Assembly: GCA_963704435.1 (NCBI GenBank)
Contig: OY969902.1
Span: 360,001 to 392,000 of the forward strand
DNA length: 32,000 nucleotides
Direction: 5' to 3'
DNA from: an uncultured archaeon
Lineage (GTDB): Archaea > Micrarchaeota > Micrarchaeia > Micrarchaeales > CABMGC01
Each line of letters begins with the position of its first letter. Within the stretch, counting starts at the first letter, position 1. The position numbers and the translations under genes are program-made. A model generated the notes under the pieces. The model was not told where the DNA came from. It was given only the letters and a program-made list of their open reading frames with translations, and did not search any database. Shown here one piece after another: positions 30,035-32,000 of the stretch.

Positions 30035-31144
30035 ATGCGAGTGGAATATCTGACGCGCACGAGATTCATAATGATCGCACTTGCCGCACTTCTGGCAATG
30101 TCCATGGGAACGGTAGGGGCCCAGACAACGTATTGCCAACCAGGGGGCACTGCTGAATCCCTAGCGCCGTGGTACTGCAGCCAGCTGAACCAGGCCATCA
30201 CGAGCGTCTGGCAGAAGTGGGAGCCAGTCGCGATAATCACCATATTCCTGTCGTTCTTCATTGCAGCGTTGATATTCATGGTAGGAATAGCAATGCGGAA
30301 CGATGGTGTGAGGAATTTCGGGGTCGGCGAGATGTATGAGGCGTCCGCCACGGCGCTGATTGCAATATTCTTTCTCACGCTGTCGGCTATACTCTTCGGA
30401 GTAATACCAGGATTCTTCGTAGGTCCGATAAATCCCTATGTCACGGCGCTGTCGTACATAAGCAATACCGTCAATGCAACGCAGGGAATCATAAAGAGCT
30501 TGTTTGCAGTCCAGATGACCGCCAGCTACTTCATTTCGTTGAAGCTACACATATACGTCTATGCATTTGGAGAGCTTACGGCGGGCGGATTCAACAGCGC
30601 GACCTTTTATGAGCCATTTGCGAAGTTCATAGCTCCATTTTTCATAGTACCTGCTAATACTATCATTTCCATGCTAACAGACGGCCTAATTTACTTGTCC
30701 GCGGAGTTCTACATGATACTCTTCCTCATGTACATCGCGGTGCCCGTGCTGCTCATACCTGGAATCATACTCAGGGCGATATTCCCTCTGAGGGGGCTTG
30801 GCGGTACGCTGATCGCCATGGCCCTGGCGTTCTATCTAATAATGCCCGTCCTCTTCTCAGTCGTCTATTACTTCACGAACACCAGCATGATAGGTACGCT
30901 GACTGCTGCAGCGGCCCAGATCACCGCGAACGGGGCGGGGACTGGGGCAATAACCAACACCGTCTCCGCCACGTCGCCTCTGGTAACCCAGGTTTCAAAC
31001 CTGGAGAGCAGCATGGGGGCGTACTTCCTCGCGATTCTGTTCTATCCTGCCTTGATACTTACAATTATCTACGTAGCGATAGTCGAGATCTCCGGTTTCC
31101 TTGGTGTGGCGGTAATGAAGTCCAAGAGGCTAAGCATGGTATGA
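30035..31144 (+). CDS. Polytopic membrane protein, paralog 6 of 6
   Basis: GGAG lies 3 nt upstream. Signal peptide ..GTVGAQT/TYC. Motif 1: GVRNFGVGEMYE. Motif 2: IILRAIFPLRGLGGTLIAMALAFYLIMP. Confidence 0.8.
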   Translation: MRVEYLTRTRFIMIALAALLAMSMGTVGAQTTYCQPGGTAESLAPWYCSQLNQAITSVWQKWEPVAIITIFLSFFIAALIFMVGIAMRNDGVRNFGVGEMYEASATALIAIFFLTLSAILFGVIPGFFVGPINPYVTALSYISNTVNATQGIIKSLFAVQMTASYFISLKLHIYVYAFGELTAGGFNSATFYEPFAKFIAPFFIVPANTIISMLTDGLIYLSAEFYMILFLMYIAVPVLLIPGIILRAIFPLRGLGGTLIAMALAFYLIMPVLFSVVYYFTNTSMIGTLTAAAAQITANGAGTGAITNTVSATSPLVTQVSNLESSMGAYFLAILFYPALILTIIYVAIVEISGFLGVAVMKSKRLSMV

Positions 31145-31266
31145 TTGCCGTGCACAACGGTATAAAAGCTTTAAGTGGCAAGTAGGTGCGAAGCCGCGGA
31201 ACCGCTGGTTTCGGGCGGATTCGCGAGCGTGGTTGCGTGCCGGTATCTGAAAAATTCTTATTCACG

Positions 31267-32000
31267 ATGCTGATACTCGTCTCCGCGACGCTCATAATAT
31301 TCACGCTGCTCTTCACCTTCTCCGACGCCGCCAAGTTCGCGCTCATCGTAGTCGCGCTGCTGCTCGACATACTGGCATTCTCTACGAAATTCTACACGCG
31401 GTTCTTCATCCCGTTCCTCCAGATGAAGGGCAGGACAGTGACATTGAGCGGCAGCGAGGCGTTCACGCTGGCGCCTACGGGCAACGCGATAGTCGTGAGG
31501 GACGGCGGAGACACCTACGCGAGCGCATTCGTGAAGATACCTTCGTACAGGTCCGCGACCGAGATGAACCCTGACGAGAAGATCGACTTCGCCAAGCTCT
31601 TCAGCAGGGCGATGACCATATCAAAGACGCCGGTGAAATTCGCGACCCAGCTGTATGTGATAAACAAGGACTCGTACATAAGCAACATAAGGAGCAAGCT
31701 GAACGAGGCCGAGGAGAGGTACAGTGGGACCTCGCTCGACAAGGGCGCCTCCAAGGAGCAGACGGAGAGGATAAAGGGGGAGGTCACGATGTGGCACAAT
31801 CTCTTCGACCACGTCAGCAAGACCCGGTCGCTGTCGCTCGAGGCCTACGCCATGGTCACCTCGCAAGGGGGCAGCGAGGAGGAGGCGGTGAACCTCGCGC
31901 TGCAGAGGGCGGACGAGATCGCCACCGGAATCAGCGCCCTGTTCGGCATAAGCGCGAGCGTCATGGAGGGCGAAGAGATGCTCAAGTTCGTGGAACCCGA
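31267..32000 (+). CDS. 2-TM-anchored protein, 5' part only (candidate VirB3-VirB4/CedB-like; unverified)
   Basis: Not in the ORF track because it runs off the window. Frame 1 is open from TAG at 31183 to the edge. ATG-31267 gives MLILVSATLIIFTLLFTF..FALIVVALLLDILAF (two TM helices). A soluble domain follows (..GNAIVVRDGGDTYASAFVKIPSYRSATEMNPDEKIDFAKLFSRAM..). GTG-31237 is an alternative start. No NTPase motif is reached before the window ends. Confidence 0.7.
   Translation, partial: MLILVSATLIIFTLLFTFSDAAKFALIVVALLLDILAFSTKFYTRFFIPFLQMKGRTVTLSGSEAFTLAPTGNAIVVRDGGDTYASAFVKIPSYRSATEMNPDEKIDFAKLFSRAMTISKTPVKFATQLYVINKDSYISNIRSKLNEAEERYSGTSLDKGASKEQTERIKGEVTMWHNLFDHVSKTRSLSLEAYAMVTSQGGSEEEAVNLALQRADEIATGISALFGISASVMEGEEMLKFVEP

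Noticed and set aside
23751-31144. Whether the six paralogs are type IV pilus/archaellum platform proteins (PilC/FlaJ-like) serving the pilin-like propeller proteins.
   Set aside because: No adjacent PilB/FlaI-type ATPase or prepilin peptidase. Six tandem copies with signal peptides and Cys-rich ectodomains do not fit the platform-protein pattern. This cannot be fully excluded without profile searches.
1-32000. Scan for rRNA, tRNA, CRISPR arrays, IS elements, transposases, integrases and inteins.
   Set aside because: No cloverleaf-compatible sequence was found in any intergenic region. There are no regularly spaced direct repeats and no DDE, tyrosine or serine recombinase motifs in the translated ORFs.

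Overview
Archaeal chromosomal window. Evidence: aIF2-gamma, S6e, L21e, Rpo4/F, Pelota, KsgA/Dim1, a TBP-fold protein and class-III (type IV pilin-like) signal peptides. Codon usage is ATA/AGG-rich. TATA-like boxes sit about 25-35 nt upstream of first-gene start codons, and GGAG/GAGGT motifs precede internal operon genes. No rRNA, tRNA, CRISPR array, transposase or integrase was recognised.

Housekeeping genes are interrupted by visibly AT-rich accessory patches. These carry toxin-antitoxin-like or defence-like genes: a DUF5678-like gene, a wHTH + minimal nucleotidyltransferase pair, a Doc + VapB-like pair, and a Fic gene.

Three things stand out.

(1) 20.5-32.0 kb is a co-directional membrane-protein locus. 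It holds a small VirB2/TrbC-like two-helix pilin candidate, a GT-C-like glycosyltransferase and a 6-TM protein. These are followed by six tandem, tightly coupled paralogous polytopic membrane proteins that share two motifs, then a 2-TM-anchored gene cut by the window edge. I read this as a Ced/Ted- or T4SS-like apparatus with a six-fold expanded VirB6-like component. That call rests on architecture and context only, not on demonstrated homology.

(2) 6.6-12.2 kb holds two adjacent giant proteins. Each fuses a type IV pilin-like N-terminus, through a Thr/Ser linker, to about 600 aa of YVTN-type beta-propeller repeats. Conservation is mosaic, including a 547-bp block that is 100% identical.

(3) 15859-16209 encodes a 116-aa single-repeat TBP-domain protein, about half the normal size.

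Several repeat-structured regulatory regions are also described.
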